Translations under genes and position numbers: made by a program
From: Phaeosaccion multiseriatum
Lineage: Eukaryota > Protista > Ochrophyta, other classes
DNA length: 64,000 nucleotides
Direction of reading: 5' to 3'
Assembly (NCBI GenBank): GCA_965112735.1
Contig: OZ218952.1
Coordinates: 4,898,001 to 4,962,000 of the forward strand
Notes under the pieces: model-generated
What the model was told of the DNA's origin: nothing
Seen by the model: only the letters and a program-made list of their open reading frames with translations
The model's database searches: none
Shown here: positions 21,813-34,532 of the stretch, one piece after another
Numbering within the stretch: the stretch's first letter is position 1
Layout: every line of letters begins with the position of its first letter

Positions 21813-23917
21813 CGTTGTTGCTGTTGTTGTTGTGGTTATTGTTATTGTTGTTGTTGTTGTTGTTGTTGTTGTGGTTGTTGTTGTAGTTGTAGTTGTTTGT
21901 TGTTGTTGTTGCTCTTCTTGGTCATGTGTTTGCCTCTTCATGTTCTCATCGCCCCTCCCCCCCCGGCTGTGCCCTCTTCAGATTGGGGTGAAGACAGACC
22001 CCGACTTCGCTCAAGTCGTTGGAAGCTTCCCCGGCAAGGTGCTCGTGGAGTCTTCAAGCTTTCAGGTGCGTGTGGGGTGCGTATGAGTGCGGAGTGAGTG
22101 AGTGGGTGGGGGGTGGGGGAGTGAGTGAGGGACGGACGGACGGACGGACGGACGGACGGACAGAGGGAGGAGCAGGGGGGATGTGGGCAGGCTGTTGCTT
22201 CCCTCTGGCTGTGCTCTAACAGTGCTGTCTATGTGTGTGTGTTGGATGTCTGTCGGCCCTTTCTGCTCACAGGTGGAGAGGGATCTGGAGACCAACCGTT
22301 GGTTCATCACCTTGGTAAGACAGGGAGGGAAGGGAGGGAGGTAGGGGGGAGAGCACAAGGTCCACATTCTCAACCAATGGAAAGAACGGATGGTAGATTG
22401 GCTGGACTTGGCTCGTCCTTCCCTCACGCGCCCACGCCACACGGGCACACGCGACCGGACTCGCTGCTGCTGCCCTCCACTCTCTCACTGCTCTCTTCTC
22501 TTTCCTAACAAGAAACAGTGGGCCGATGCTTGGAGAACAGTTCCCTGATGGTAAATACGTATGTAAATACGTATGTGTTTGTTCTTCCTGTGCCCCGCTC
22601 TCCTTGGCCACAGGAAATTGTCAAGAAGCCCCAGGAGGGGACGATGGAGCTCTGGTATTGCTTGTTCCAGGGGGAGCAGGAGAGGAAGACCATCTGCTTC
22701 CAGGGAGAGACCGAGGACGGGCCGTGGAAGCAGGTAGGTGCGGTGTAGGTGCGCCATCGGTAGGGTATCAGAGGGTGGACAAGCCGAACCGCAGGCAACA
22801 GTTGCCCTGAAGAATCCTGAAGAATGAGTTAGAGGCTGCCCTCTCTCTGTCGCTCCGACGGTGCGCGAGGGAGAGGTGCCCGCCCCGACTCTGCTGCCTC
22901 TTGAGAGGAGCCGCGCCGGATGGCACTGGGCGGCCGGTCCTTTGAGCTGAATCTGAATCTGAGCCCCCCCCCACCTCAACGCCTCAACGCCTCTTCTTTC
23001 GCAACCCCGCTTTTCTCTCCCTCTCCCTCTCTCTCTCCCTCTCTCCCCCCCTCTTTGCGTGGGTGTGTCTTCTGCGATCTCTTTCGACATCACCAATGGA
23101 CAATCACAAATGGCAGACCCCGGATGAGATTGAGCTCAAGTTCGCCGTGCCTGGCGGCACTCGTGGAAAGGGCGTGCATCTTGCCGTGGACGATTCAGGG
23201 GAGAAGATGACCCTCTCTGTGGACGGATACCCAAGCCTGGGCACCTTTGACAGGTCAGGCGGGACGGAGAGGAGGGAGGAGGGAGGGGGGAGGGGGGAGG
23301 AGGAGCGGGGGTGGAAGGGGGGAAGGGGGAGATATGGGAAGGGGAAATGGAAGGAAAGGGGGGGGGGGGAATTTTGGAGGAAAGCTCGTCGCCACCCCGC
23401 CCCCCGGGGGCCGTGGGGGTGGGAGGGGGGTTGCCAAACCTTTCCCTCCTTCCTCCCAGCAGCCCCCGGGGGATGGGAGGGGAGAGGCGGGGGGCTCCAG
23501 AGGCGAGGAGGTCAGCAGGGAGAGGTGTTGGCTCTCCAAGAGCCTCTGCTACCTGTGAATCTTTCTGTCCATGTGCCTCTATCCATCTATCACGTCATGA
23601 ATAGGGTGTGGCCCCTTTCGGTTTATCTGTCTGTCCACCCCAGCTAATCGATATATCAAATTTGTCGATGATTGGAACTGAAACTGAAACGAATACCTAC
23701 GTCGCACCGCCACAGGTACTTCTACGGCCCCGTGGTGCCCGGGGAGACGGTGTGGATGCTTGACGACAACGCCGACGGATCCAAAGACCTCACCATCACC
23801 CTCAAGAAGAAGCGCATCCGCAGGGGCAGGGCTGCTTGGTGGGCGGGGCCTTTCAGCGAGCAGAAGGAGGGCAGGAAGGAAGGGGAGCTGGACGGGTATG
23901 AAACGCTCAAGTTCTGA
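20602..23917 (+). CDS. Plastid-targeted protein with two CS (p23/NudC-like) domains; 7 exons
   Basis: Signal peptide ending TSA-F. YSWTQDNDRFKVKVP...LEIVKK and WKQTPDEIELKFAVP...ETVWMLD...LTITLKKK..WW resemble two CS domains. Last two junctions checked in frame. Confidence 0.75.
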
Positions 23918-25656
23918 GGAAGACGACGACGACGACGACGACGACGAGGAAGAGGAGGAGGAGGAGGAGGAGGAGGAGGAAGAGGGCTTGCGCTGTCAGG
24001 ATAGGGATCATCAAGGAATAGGGATCATCAAGGACCATAGGGATCATCAAGGACCAGGGGTGGGGTGGGGTGGGCTCTTGTCTTTCTTCGAGAGGTTATT
24101 TACATACACTAGAAGGACTGAAAGGACTGCTTTGTCTTGGGCATGATGAAGCAGGGACGGAGGTCTACAGGGCGGGCTACAGGGCGGGCTACTGGGCGAG
24201 ACGTGTGCCCCTTTTACCAAGGGGAAGATGCCTCGCCTCGGTGGCTACTCGTTGTGCATCTCTGGTGTGCTAACGAAGGGAAGTGCACTGCTGCCGAGGA
24301 GGGGTTTGGCGTTACATTGGCGTTATATTGGTTTTACAGTCTTCTCTCCGAAGGGGAAGGAGGGGCCCTCACTCGCACCTCGGGGAGGGGAAGAGCAATG
24401 CGAATAATATCGAGAGAGAGGCCCCCGGGGGGCACGACAGAGGCCGCGTTGCAAGGCCTCGGGATCGGCTTGCTCTAGCCCTTCACCTTCAGCCGAGAGC
24501 TCCACAACGCCATAGGACCATAGCTGTGGGCCTAGAACCACTACTTCTACCACTGCACTGTAAAGAGGAACGCTTCTCACAATATACTCCCTCCCGCGGA
24601 AGAGGCTCACCCCGTAAACGCAGCTTGTCTGCTCTCTCTTGTGCTTGGCTAGACTCTTTTCTTGTCTCTTCTCCCTTATGCTTGTGCTGCACTCTTCTGG
24701 CTCTTGTGTGTTTCCTCTTGTCTGTCTCTTCTCTCTTGTGCTTGTGCTGGGGTCTTTACTGAAGTGAAGAGAAGGACCCCCGCCAGGCGCCACCGCTCCT
24801 CATCCTCAAGGCCTCTCCCCTGAGGGCCTCTCCCATCGCCGCCCCGTTGCGAGCGTTCAACACGCACACACACCCGCACACACACACACACATACACATA
24901 CACACACACATACACTCTGAGAGGCCCACAGGCTCAGCAGTCCCCCCCACGCCCCTCACACGCCCTCACACGTCCCTCAGCAGGAGCCGGACCGCCATCC
25001 CTCCGGACTGCCGTCCTTCCAGACTGCCGTCCCTCCAGCTCTGGAGCTCCTGGCTGTTGCTCCTCACCCCACGGTACTTGCTTCTTCCTTCGCTGTGTGC
25101 GTCAGAGCTTTGGTCCTTGTGTGCTTCTCTCCATCCACTGCCATCCTCCTACCTGAGATACCACCACGTACAGCAGAGCTAGTAAGAGGCTGAACATGGT
25201 CTTCTGTGGGGTGAGATGAGACTACGCTCATTTGCCGAGGGGGACAGTCCCACAGGCAGGCAGAAGGTCCCTTCTCTTCGCTTCGGCTTCGGTCCGAGTC
25301 ACTGCAACTTCTCTTGTTCGCCGCTGCGGCCCTCTCTCTCTCTCGCACAGGTCGTGGGTCATTCCTCGAGAGACGGCCCTACCCTCCCATTGGTGCCACC
25401 ATTCGTGCTGCCGAGTGGGGTGGGGAGTATCTCCCCTCACCCTGTGAAGACTCACGCACACATATACACACCTCGCCTTTGGGTCAAGTGGAGACACAGT
25501 CTCTTTTTCTCCGTGTGCGCTGCCTGAATGCGACAAAAAGAGCTCCCCTGCTCTCTTTCGTTGGCTGTCTCGCATCTCCACCGCGGCCAAGCCACGGAAT
25601 GTCCTTCTTCTCTTCGGTGTAGTTTTCCTTCGCGCGGCAGCACACACACACACACC

Positions 25657-26754
25657 TCAGAGGCAGTTGATTGGGTTGGTGTCAGCCTTTGACAGATGCA
25701 GAGCAAGAGCAACAGGGGCAGCGCACTTTGCCCGAAGAGCCTCGAGTATAAGCAGCACCGCGAACTGCTCGCTCTCGTGCCGCCCCACATCGGCGAGCAC
25801 GATCTTCCCCTCGGCCTCCAGGAGGTACTGGCGGTGGGAGAAGTCCGCTGTGACGAGCACGTCGGCCCCTTGGCGCATGGCCTGGTTGAGTAGGAAGCTT
25901 CCTGCCCCCCCGCACACGGCCACTTTCGTGACGGGCTTGCCACGCAGGGCGGAGTGCCTCACACACGCGGCTTTCATGACGGCCTTGAGGTGGGTGAGAA
26001 AAGCGCCCTCGTCCACGGCCTCAGGAAGGTCCCCAATCATGCCCTCGCCGGCAGTCTGCAGTGTGTTGTCGAGCGCAAGCAAGTCGTACGCCACTTCTTC
26101 GTACGGGTGAGCGCCCTCGAGCGCCGCCACCACCGCCCCCTGTCTCCACGCGGGCAGCACCACTTCGATCTTGTGCTCGGCCTCGGCGTGCGTGGTCCCG
26201 GCCTCGCCCACGAAGGGGCTGGCCTTGTCGGACGCCCGAAACGTGCCGGTGCCCTGGCTGGAAAAGCTGCAATGGCTGTACTCACCAATGTGGCCCGCAC
26301 CTGCGCCAAACAAGGCCTCTTTCACCCGCTCGGCGTGATCGACGGGGCAATAGGTGCAGAGTTTCTTCAGCTGGCCCTGCTGGGGAGCCAGGATCCGGGT
26401 GTTTCCAATGCCAATGGCATCGCAGATGCCCTGGTTCACACCCGCGGACGCGCTGTCCAGGGTGGTGTGGACGGCAACGATCGCTACGTCGTGCTTGATG
26501 GCCTTCATCACCACTCTCTGCACTTGTGTGCTCCCGGTGAAGTGCTTCAGCCCCTCCAGGACGATGGGGTTGTACGCTATGACGAGGTTTACACCCAGAG
26601 CAATGGCCTCGTCAATGACAGCTTCCGTGCTGTTGCTGCAGAGCAGGCCGCCCGTGGCATTTGCATTTTCATCCCCTACAATGAGGCACGACTCCTGCCC
26701 CAAGCAAGAGGGAGTAGCGTCCTCCAGCTGGGCAACAATCTCGCGGATGATCAT
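25657..26754 (-). CDS. NIF3/YbgI (DUF34) family protein with inserted PII-like domain; intronless, bacterial type
   Basis: VIDEAI, HTTLD..GVN, ALFGAGAGHIGEYSHCSF..GTGTF, HPYEEVAYD, KVAVCGGAG and ESEQF motifs; first ATG at 26754. Confidence 0.92.
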   Translation of the reverse strand: MIIREIVAQLEDATPSCLGQESCLIVGDENANATGGLLCSNSTEAVIDEAIALGVNLVIAYNPIVLEGLKHFTGSTQVQRVVMKAIKHDVAIVAVHTTLDSASAGVNQGICDAIGIGNTRILAPQQGQLKKLCTYCPVDHAERVKEALFGAGAGHIGEYSHCSFSSQGTGTFRASDKASPFVGEAGTTHAEAEHKIEVVLPAWRQGAVVAALEGAHPYEEVAYDLLALDNTLQTAGEGMIGDLPEAVDEGAFLTHLKAVMKAACVRHSALRGKPVTKVAVCGGAGSFLLNQAMRQGADVLVTADFSHRQYLLEAEGKIVLADVGRHESEQFAVLLILEALRAKCAAPVALALHLSKADTNPINCL

Positions 26755-26936
26755 AGCGAGGGGCAAAGATCTTTTTTTTCTCTCCTTCTTCTTCTCTCCT
26801 GGTCAACACTGGCCGCCGCCGGAGATTTATTGACTTAGTTCACAAATCATCCCCCCCCCCTTTTCTTGCCTCTTGTCTCCCTCCCTGCACCTCTTCTGCT
26901 TCAAGGGCTGGGCCCTTCTCATGGTGCTTTGGAGAG

Positions 26937-28144
26937 ATGCGTGTACCACTGCGATTGGTGCCCCTGAGGAACTGCTTCGTCAGCCTCCCCAGCCGCGCCG
27001 CGCACTCTCTGGGCAGGGGCGAGGAGGGCGCCGTGATCCTTCGCATCGCGTGGGAGGCCCCAGTAGTACCAGCAGCAGCAGCTGGACACGATGATGCAAC
27101 CACGGGTGGTGGTGGGAATGGTAGTCTCGGGGCAGGGGAAGGGCAGCACCAGGCCTTTGTGTCTTGGAATGGAGGCATCAGCCGAGGGGAGGACGGCTCC
27201 CTGGAGCTCCCCGCAGCTCTAGCGAGGACGCTGTGTCTGGACTCTCTCCTCGACGCCGATCCGGACTTGTGGGTCACGGTGGAATGCGTGGAGGTGGGAG
27301 TGCCCAACGCTCGCAGGGTGCACGTGGAGCCATGTACCAGCGACGACTGGGAGATTCTCGAGACCAACGCAGAGGCCGTGGAGGGGGAGCTCCTGCAGCA
27401 GGTAGATCTGTCTGTCTGTATGTATGTATGTATGTATGTATGTATGTGCATGTCTTGCGTGTCTGTTTGTCTGCCTATCTACTTGTATGCCTTTTTTCTC
27501 TCTCTCTTCTCTCTGTGTGCCTGTCCGCATGCCGCTTGTCTGTCTGTGTGTCTGTCACTGCCGGGCTTGGCGGCCACACGTCATCCTTCATACTCTCTCG
27601 CCTTCAGGAATGGTCCTCTTCTCCCTCGAAGAGCTCGCTTACCTTGTGCCTCCTCCCTCCCTCCCACGTGCCTTTGGCCCCGCCCCTCGAGCTACTGCCG
27701 GTGCCCCTCTCCTCCGTCCCTCACCCTGCCCCATATGCCCCCCTCTCACCCATCATGAATGCGCTTGTCCCTCACTGTCGCTGTGCTTCTTTGGCCTCTC
27801 CATCGACTCGTGCAGCTGTCCGTCGTGTATATGGGGCAACTGATTCCCATCTGGGTCAACAACATGACGCTCATCACGCTCAAAGTGGTCGGGGTGACAG
27901 GGCTGCAGGATAGAGGCTCTGCCTTGCTTGGAGGGGGCGGGCCTCACAGCGGCATGCCCGTGCGCTGCATGCGTCTCACCTCCCAAGCAGAAGTGGTTGT
28001 GAAGCCCAAGCCCCGCAAGAGCGAGACCGCGGCGGAGAGCAGAGGCAGCGGCAGCGGGGGGACACCCTTCGCTGCGAGGTCCGTCCGAGTGCTGCTCGCT
28101 GCGGAGGACGTCAGCTTGACCGCGTTGGGTGCTCAGAGCAGCAG

Positions 28145-28192
<48 letters not shown>

Positions 28193-30173
28193 CAACAGCG
28201 CCGACCTGCCGAGAGAAGCGCGAGAGGCGCAAGTTGGGAGGGGTGGTGTGTGGGCAGACAGCGCTCTTGTCGAGAGCATGAGCGTGTGGACCCATCCATC
28301 CACCTGGGCCTCACTGTGCGGTATGGAGGGCCACTCGAGAAGCTCCGTGCTCGCCGCCTGCCGTCCCTCACCCCTCGCACTCCTGTGGTGGTCCAGCAAC
28401 CCGGATGGTAGTGTGACCGGGGGAGGCCGAGGCGGGCCGGGCGGCATGTCTCCTCGCCGACCTTCCACTGAAACACGTACAGTGGCGCAGGTGCGGCTCT
28501 GGAGCGGCGTGGTGCCTGGCCACGCCATGCTGTCGGGCCCCGTGGGGAGGCAGCTTGGTGCCAAGGCGCTGTCTATTCTCAACATGCGGCTGCTGGGCTC
28601 GCAGACAACGGGTCCTGTGTCTGTGCCCTCTTCGACAACAGCGGCGGCGACAGTGGGGGGTGCGGGGGGTCTGTCGGTAGTGTGTTGTCGTGTGCGGGGG
28701 CTTACAGAGCCGGGGGGCAAGCAGTTGGCCATGCAGCGGGAGCAGCAGCTGGCCTCTGCCTCTACTTCTGGCCGGATAGCACACGCCAACCCGCCACCGC
28801 CGGACGTGTGCAGACATACTGTCCAGAGAGCGCTGCATGATTGGATCAATCGGATGGCGCCCCGGGGGGGAGCAGACACGCCCCAGGGGGGGGGAGACAC
28901 ACCCCAGGGGAGAGCAGACACACCCATGGGGGGACAAGACACACCCCAGGGGGGAGCAGACACACCCCAGGGGGGGGCAGACGCGCCGCTGCCGAGTCCT
29001 GTGCTGCTCTCTCACGGAGGTATCGTTATGCTACATCTGCCGGCCGATACGGGACGGGAACGGACAGGGGCATTGCATAGGGCAGGGCCGAGGAGGGGTG
29101 CATGTGGAGACACGCAGGTGCGTGCGTGCGTGCGTGTGTGGAGAGAGGTAGACAAGAGTTTACGCTCGTTTGGTTAGGAAGTAGTGCTATGCCCATTTCT
29201 GCTTTGTGCTTGTTCCTTGCCTGGACCGACCCCCCGGGGACATGACTCGTGTGTGTGACTGCCCTCCCTTTATGTGACGGACGACAGATGAGCCCGGGCG
29301 GGCCGGCCAGCGGCGGCGAAGGAGGAGCGGAAAGAGAAGGGGGCGAGGGGGCAGGCGAGCAGGGCTTACAGCTTGTGGCGGTGCCGTTTCAGCTGCACTT
29401 GCAGGGACCGAGCCTCCCGCTCCCTTCAGGGCTGCGGCAGCACCGCTCTTCGGCACGCGACGCGAGAGGGGCGGGGGAGAATAGCAGCAATAGTATCAGC
29501 AGCAGCAGCGGCGGTATGGCGTGGGGCAACGGCCTGGGCATGGGCAGCAGCAGCAGCAGCAGCAGCAGTGGCGGTAGTAGCAGGAGCAGCAGTGGCGGTA
29601 GTAGCAGGAGCAGTAGTAGCAGCAGCCCATGCCCCCCTCCCCCCCCGCCCCACCTCGTGCTGAGCACACGGGCCCAGGCGGAGGAGTTGTGCGCGGCAGC
29701 GAATGTCGGGCCGGAAACCCCCGGCCCGTTGTCCATCGACGCCTTGTCGTCCCCCTCCCCTTCCTCGTCCTCCTCCTTGCTGCAGGGGGCATGCTCTCTC
29801 TCACAGCTCGGCGGGGTGCGCGCCGCAGCTGCCAAGGCCTTGAACCACTTCGCTCCCGTCCTCTGCCGACCCGTGGCCGCCGCCCTGGGCAGGCTCGGCG
29901 CAGGCCCAAGGGGGGGCTTGCTCGTAACGGGCTCCGGGGGGGTGGGGAAGACCGCCTTCGCGCTGGCGGTGGCTCTGCGTCTGCGTGTGTCGCGGGTCTG
30001 CCTGGCGCACACTGAGTACTTGGACTGCGGAGTGCTTGTGGGACAGGTGGGGAAGGTGGGATGGCAGTGGATGGCGGATGGGGGCATATGGGCAGGGCAG
30101 GGCAGACCATCAGACCCAAAGCAAGGCGCAACACTCCTCATTCAACAAGGCGGGGAGGGGCTCCTCCTCCTCT

Positions 30174-30213
<40 letters not shown>

Positions 30214-33200
30214 GAGGCATGGAGAGAAAGGTGGCGCTCTGACTCCCTCCTCGTTATTCTTGACCTTTCTGCCCCCTCACTGACTTACTGACCGACGGAC
30301 GGACGCCTTCCCACCCCTTCCCCTTCCCCCTGCACCCGCGGTGGTGTTTGTCGTCTTTCCCTCTCATCCATTCCACCCCGCCCACCCCACTCCACCCCAC
30401 CCCAACCCATCCACTGCCATCCCACGGGGGCAGAAAATGGGCTTTGTGTTGGAGACGCTGTCCAGCGCCTTCCACAGAGCACGCGCCCGCAGCCCCTCTC
30501 TAGTCGTGCTGGACAATCTTGATGCTCTCTGCCCTGCCGAGTCGGAGGAGGCAGGGTCGGCGGCCAATAGCCAGGCTACCAACATCGCCGAGCACTTGAG
30601 CAGGCTGCTGTGTCGCAGTGCCGACTCGGAGTCCTGTGTGTGCTCGTGCTGCCCCGCCTCCACTCACAGATCACGCCCCTCCTCCTCCTCTCGTAGCAAC
30701 AGCAGCAGCAGGAGCAGCAGGAGCAGCAGGAGCAGCAGGAGCAGCAGGAGCAGCAAGGAGGGGGGGGGCGGAGGTAGTGCTGTTCAGGCTGGAGAAGGAA
30801 GAGGAGGAGGAAGAGGTGAAGGAGGGAGAGGAGGAGGAGGAGAGGGTGCCATGACAATGAGGTGGTGCAAAGTGGCCGCGCTGGCCACGGCGAAGGCAGC
30901 AGACGGACTGCACGTACTCCTGCGGCAATGCCACATGTTCTCCACGCCCCTGCCTCTGAGCCCCCCCCGGCCTGAGGTGAGGGCCGAGGTGCTGCAGCGG
31001 CTGCTGGAGCGCTGCCTGGGCTTGGAGCTGGGGCAGGCTGATGCAGCGGTTGGTGATACAGCAGCAGGGGAGGACAGGGAAGCAGAAGAATTGGATGCAG
31101 CAGGGGCCGTAGAGGTGGCGGGTGGTGGTACAGCAGCAGCTAGTGATACAGCAGCAGTCAGGATCGACTTGGACTGGGAGGCGTTGTCCTCCCGCACGGA
31201 GGGGTGCCGCCCCAGCGACCTGTCCAAGCTCGTGAAACGCATCGTGCATCGGGCCCTGCTGAGGCGCCTCAAGTCGGCACGCAGGGAGGGGGGAGGAGTA
31301 GGGGCGCACCCGCAAGCCAGGAGAAGCAGTGGCGCGGCCATTTGTGACACCACGCTACCGTCGTCTGAGCTCCACTTTGCGCAGGAGGACGCCCTTGCCG
31401 CTCTGCGCGGCTTCAAGCCCGAGTCGCTGGCGGCGGCCAAGCTGTTCCAGTCCAGCGTATCTTGGAAGGATGTGGGCGGGCTGACCCTCGTCAAGAGGGA
31501 GCTCACAGAGCTGCTTGAGGTGCCTGTCAAGTACCGGAGACTGTTCGAGCATAGCCCCGCCCGCCTGCCCACCGGGGCGCTGCTCTACGGCCCCCCGGGG
31601 TGCGGCAAGACGCTTGCTGCGTGTGCGGTGGCCTCGGAATGCGGCCTGAACTTCATCAGCATCAAGGGGCCCGAGGTAAGCAAGCAAGAGGGCGTGTGTG
31701 CGTGCGTGCGTGCGGGTGTGGGGCTAGTGTCTCGTTTTCAGTTTCAATTTCTGTTCCTTGATACCCACGCACCGATCCTGAGATGTGGGGAGAGAGAGGT
31801 GTTGTGCTCATCGGGTGGGGGAGGGATTGACTGACTGATTGCTTTCACAGACAGACTTGCGCTCTCTTCGCTGTGGTCTGTCTGCTTCCCCAGAGCGTTG
31901 ACTGAAGCTGAAGCTTACCACTACACTGAAACTTCCCCTCGGCTCTCCCCTTGGCCCTAGACTGACGGATACACCACCCACCTGCACCACATCCCCGTCC
32001 ATACGCCTACCCATATGCCTGCCCATATGCCTGCCCACACACCCGCGTACCCACCCGCCCATATGCCTGCCTGCCCATGTGCCTGCCCATGCCACCGTAG
32101 GTGCTCGACAAGTACATCGGCGCCAGCGAGCAGGCCGTGAGGGCCCTCTTCGCTCGAGCCTCCTCCGCCGCCCCTTGCGTGCTCTTCTTCGACGAGTTTG
32201 AGAGCATCGCGCCCAAGAGGGGCAACGACAACACAGGCGTCACTGACAGAGTCGTCAACCAGGTGGGCGGGTAGTAAGTCAATGGGTGGATGGGTAGTAA
32301 GTCAATGGTCGGGTGGGTGGGTGGGTGGGTGGGGTTCCAGGTTGGGCCAAGGATTGGGCAGCAGATTGTGGGGGAGGGATGGGGTGGCCATCCATCAGTC
32401 GGGCCTCAGTCGGGTCCGTCCCCGAATTGAACTGAACGAGCTGCGCCTCCGCCCGCACACCGCTTCCCCGAAAGACATGACCATTCCTAAATTGGGGCCC
32501 CTCACCCTCCCCTCCCCTCTTTATCCCTCCCCTCCCCTCTTTATCCCTCCCCTCCCCTCTTTACCCCTCCCCTCCTGCCTCAGCTGCTCACCTTCCTCGA
32601 CGGCGTGGAGGGACGTGACGGCGTGTACGTGCTGGCCGCCACCTCTCGCCCAGACATGATCGATCCTGCTCTGCTCCGCCCTGGCAGGCTAGACAAGCAG
32701 CTTTACTGCGGCTTTCCGACGGCGGAGGAGCGGTTGGACATACTCCGGGCTGTGAGTCGCCAGGCACCCATGGAGGAGGGGAGGGAGATGCACGAGGCGA
32801 TGAGGCACATCGCGGGCTGTGCGGTGGCTGCTGGTGATGCAGGAGGCGAGGAGAGCCAGGCAGCAGCGGGAGGAGGAGGAGGGAGAGGAGGAGGAGGAGG
32901 AGGAGGAGGAGGAGGAGGAGGAGGAGGAGGAGGAGGCGAGGGGGATGATGCCCGGGGCGAGAGCGAATCCTTCACGGGGGCGGACCTACAGGGGCTTGTG
33001 AACAGCGCTCAGCTGCTCGCCATACAAGAGTATCTCGCCAGGCTGGAGGACCAACACGGCAAGGGCAAGCAAGGAGAGGGCGAGGGCGGAGAGGGCAAGG
33101 CAGAGAGCAAGGTGGAGGCGGAGGCGGGAGGGGTGGTGGGCGGAGTGGTGACGGCTCGCCATCTGTTGGAGACCTTTCGCCGCACTCGCCCCTCCATGAC

Positions 33201-33324
33201 CCCCAAGGACCGGCTGGAGTACCAATACGAGTACGACAAGTTCCGAGGGGCGCGCAAGGCGGACTTCAGGCCCGTGAGCTCCATGAACAATGAGGAGGGC
33301 GTGCAGCGCACCACTGTGCATTGA
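26937..33324 (+). CDS. PEX1: Peroxisome biogenesis AAA+ ATPase PEX1, multi-exon
   Basis: N-domain [10 protein letters not shown] and [14 protein letters not shown]1 GSGGVGKT / VVLDNLD. D2 [56 protein letters not shown]. Confidence 0.93.
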
Positions 33325-34532
33325 CTTACTGTTCATTGACTGACTGGGCCTTGATTCGTTGACGTATGTCATTGCTCACAGGATGCACTGGCTCTCTCGC
33401 TCGCTCGTTGGGAGGGACATGGCGCCTCGAGAGGAGGCTCCCTCCATTCGTTTTTTATACTCGATACATTCGATGTAATATGTGACTTACTGACTCACAG
33501 ATGGACGCAATCCACGCCTACAGGTGTACTACATATAAAGGCGAAATTGGCGCGATTCCCCATGCCCCTCCCCATATCCCCATCCCGTGTCTCCCCTTCC
33601 TCTCTTACGTGGTGATACGTAATATGACATGTGTTGGCGCCCCCTCGCGACCCCCTTCTTGTTCTGTGTACCCTGCTCTACACAAGTGACACTGACTGAC
33701 ATGAAATGGCAGTCTACGGCGTTGTGGGCCCTCGAGTCTTGCTCTATGCCGTTGTACCCCATCATCATACCATCACTCCGACGACAGACAAAGCTAAGGA
33801 AGGAAGGGCAAGGGCAGCATCTTGAGACCCCCCGGGTTTGAGGTTTGACAGCACTAACTAGGTCTGATTACTTGTGATAACTGAGGGGAGTTGGGGTCAG
33901 CCGGCCTGATTATTGATTATGGCCGGCGCCAGGCCTGTGATTAACATTATTTTTGTCGGCGCATACCACAATCATGTCTAGAGCCAACTCAGCCACTTAC
34001 TCACTCACGCACTCACTCACCCCTCACTCACTCCTCTCACTCCTTCGCTCACCCTCTCACCACTTAACCAACCCCACTCACCCACACCCCCCCTATACAC
34101 ACACACTGGATCCCTTTCTTTTACCTGCTGTGTAGGCTTTTCTCATCGGTGTGTGTGGGACGCGTCATACTCCTCACTCCTCCCGTCGACTCCCGTTCCC
34201 CCCTTCCCTTGCGGCACATAATAGGGCCGTATAGGCCGAGGGCCGTATAGGCCCTCGCTAGGCCGGGCAATTACCCCGCTAGGCGTGCATGGAGAGCTGG
34301 TGAGCGTCAACGTCAGTCCACCGGCTCAGCAAAAGTAAAAATAAAAAAGAGGGGTTTCGGAAATTTATCACGCACAGCATGGGGGCCCGCCATCCATGTA
34401 CATTACAGATGATGACATTTATAAAAAAAAAAAAAAAATGCAAGCGCGAAAGGTTTGCATTGTCACTCAAAACTCGTGTGTTCCGTCCTGCGTTGCTTGC
34501 CCGTCGGTCTGCCTTTGCTCTGTAAAGGTGGG

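Noticed and set aside
24000-25650. Several 100-160 aa ORFs between the CS-domain gene and the NIF3-like gene
   Set aside because: No recognisable motif or consistent exon chain; cannot be supported from sequence alone.
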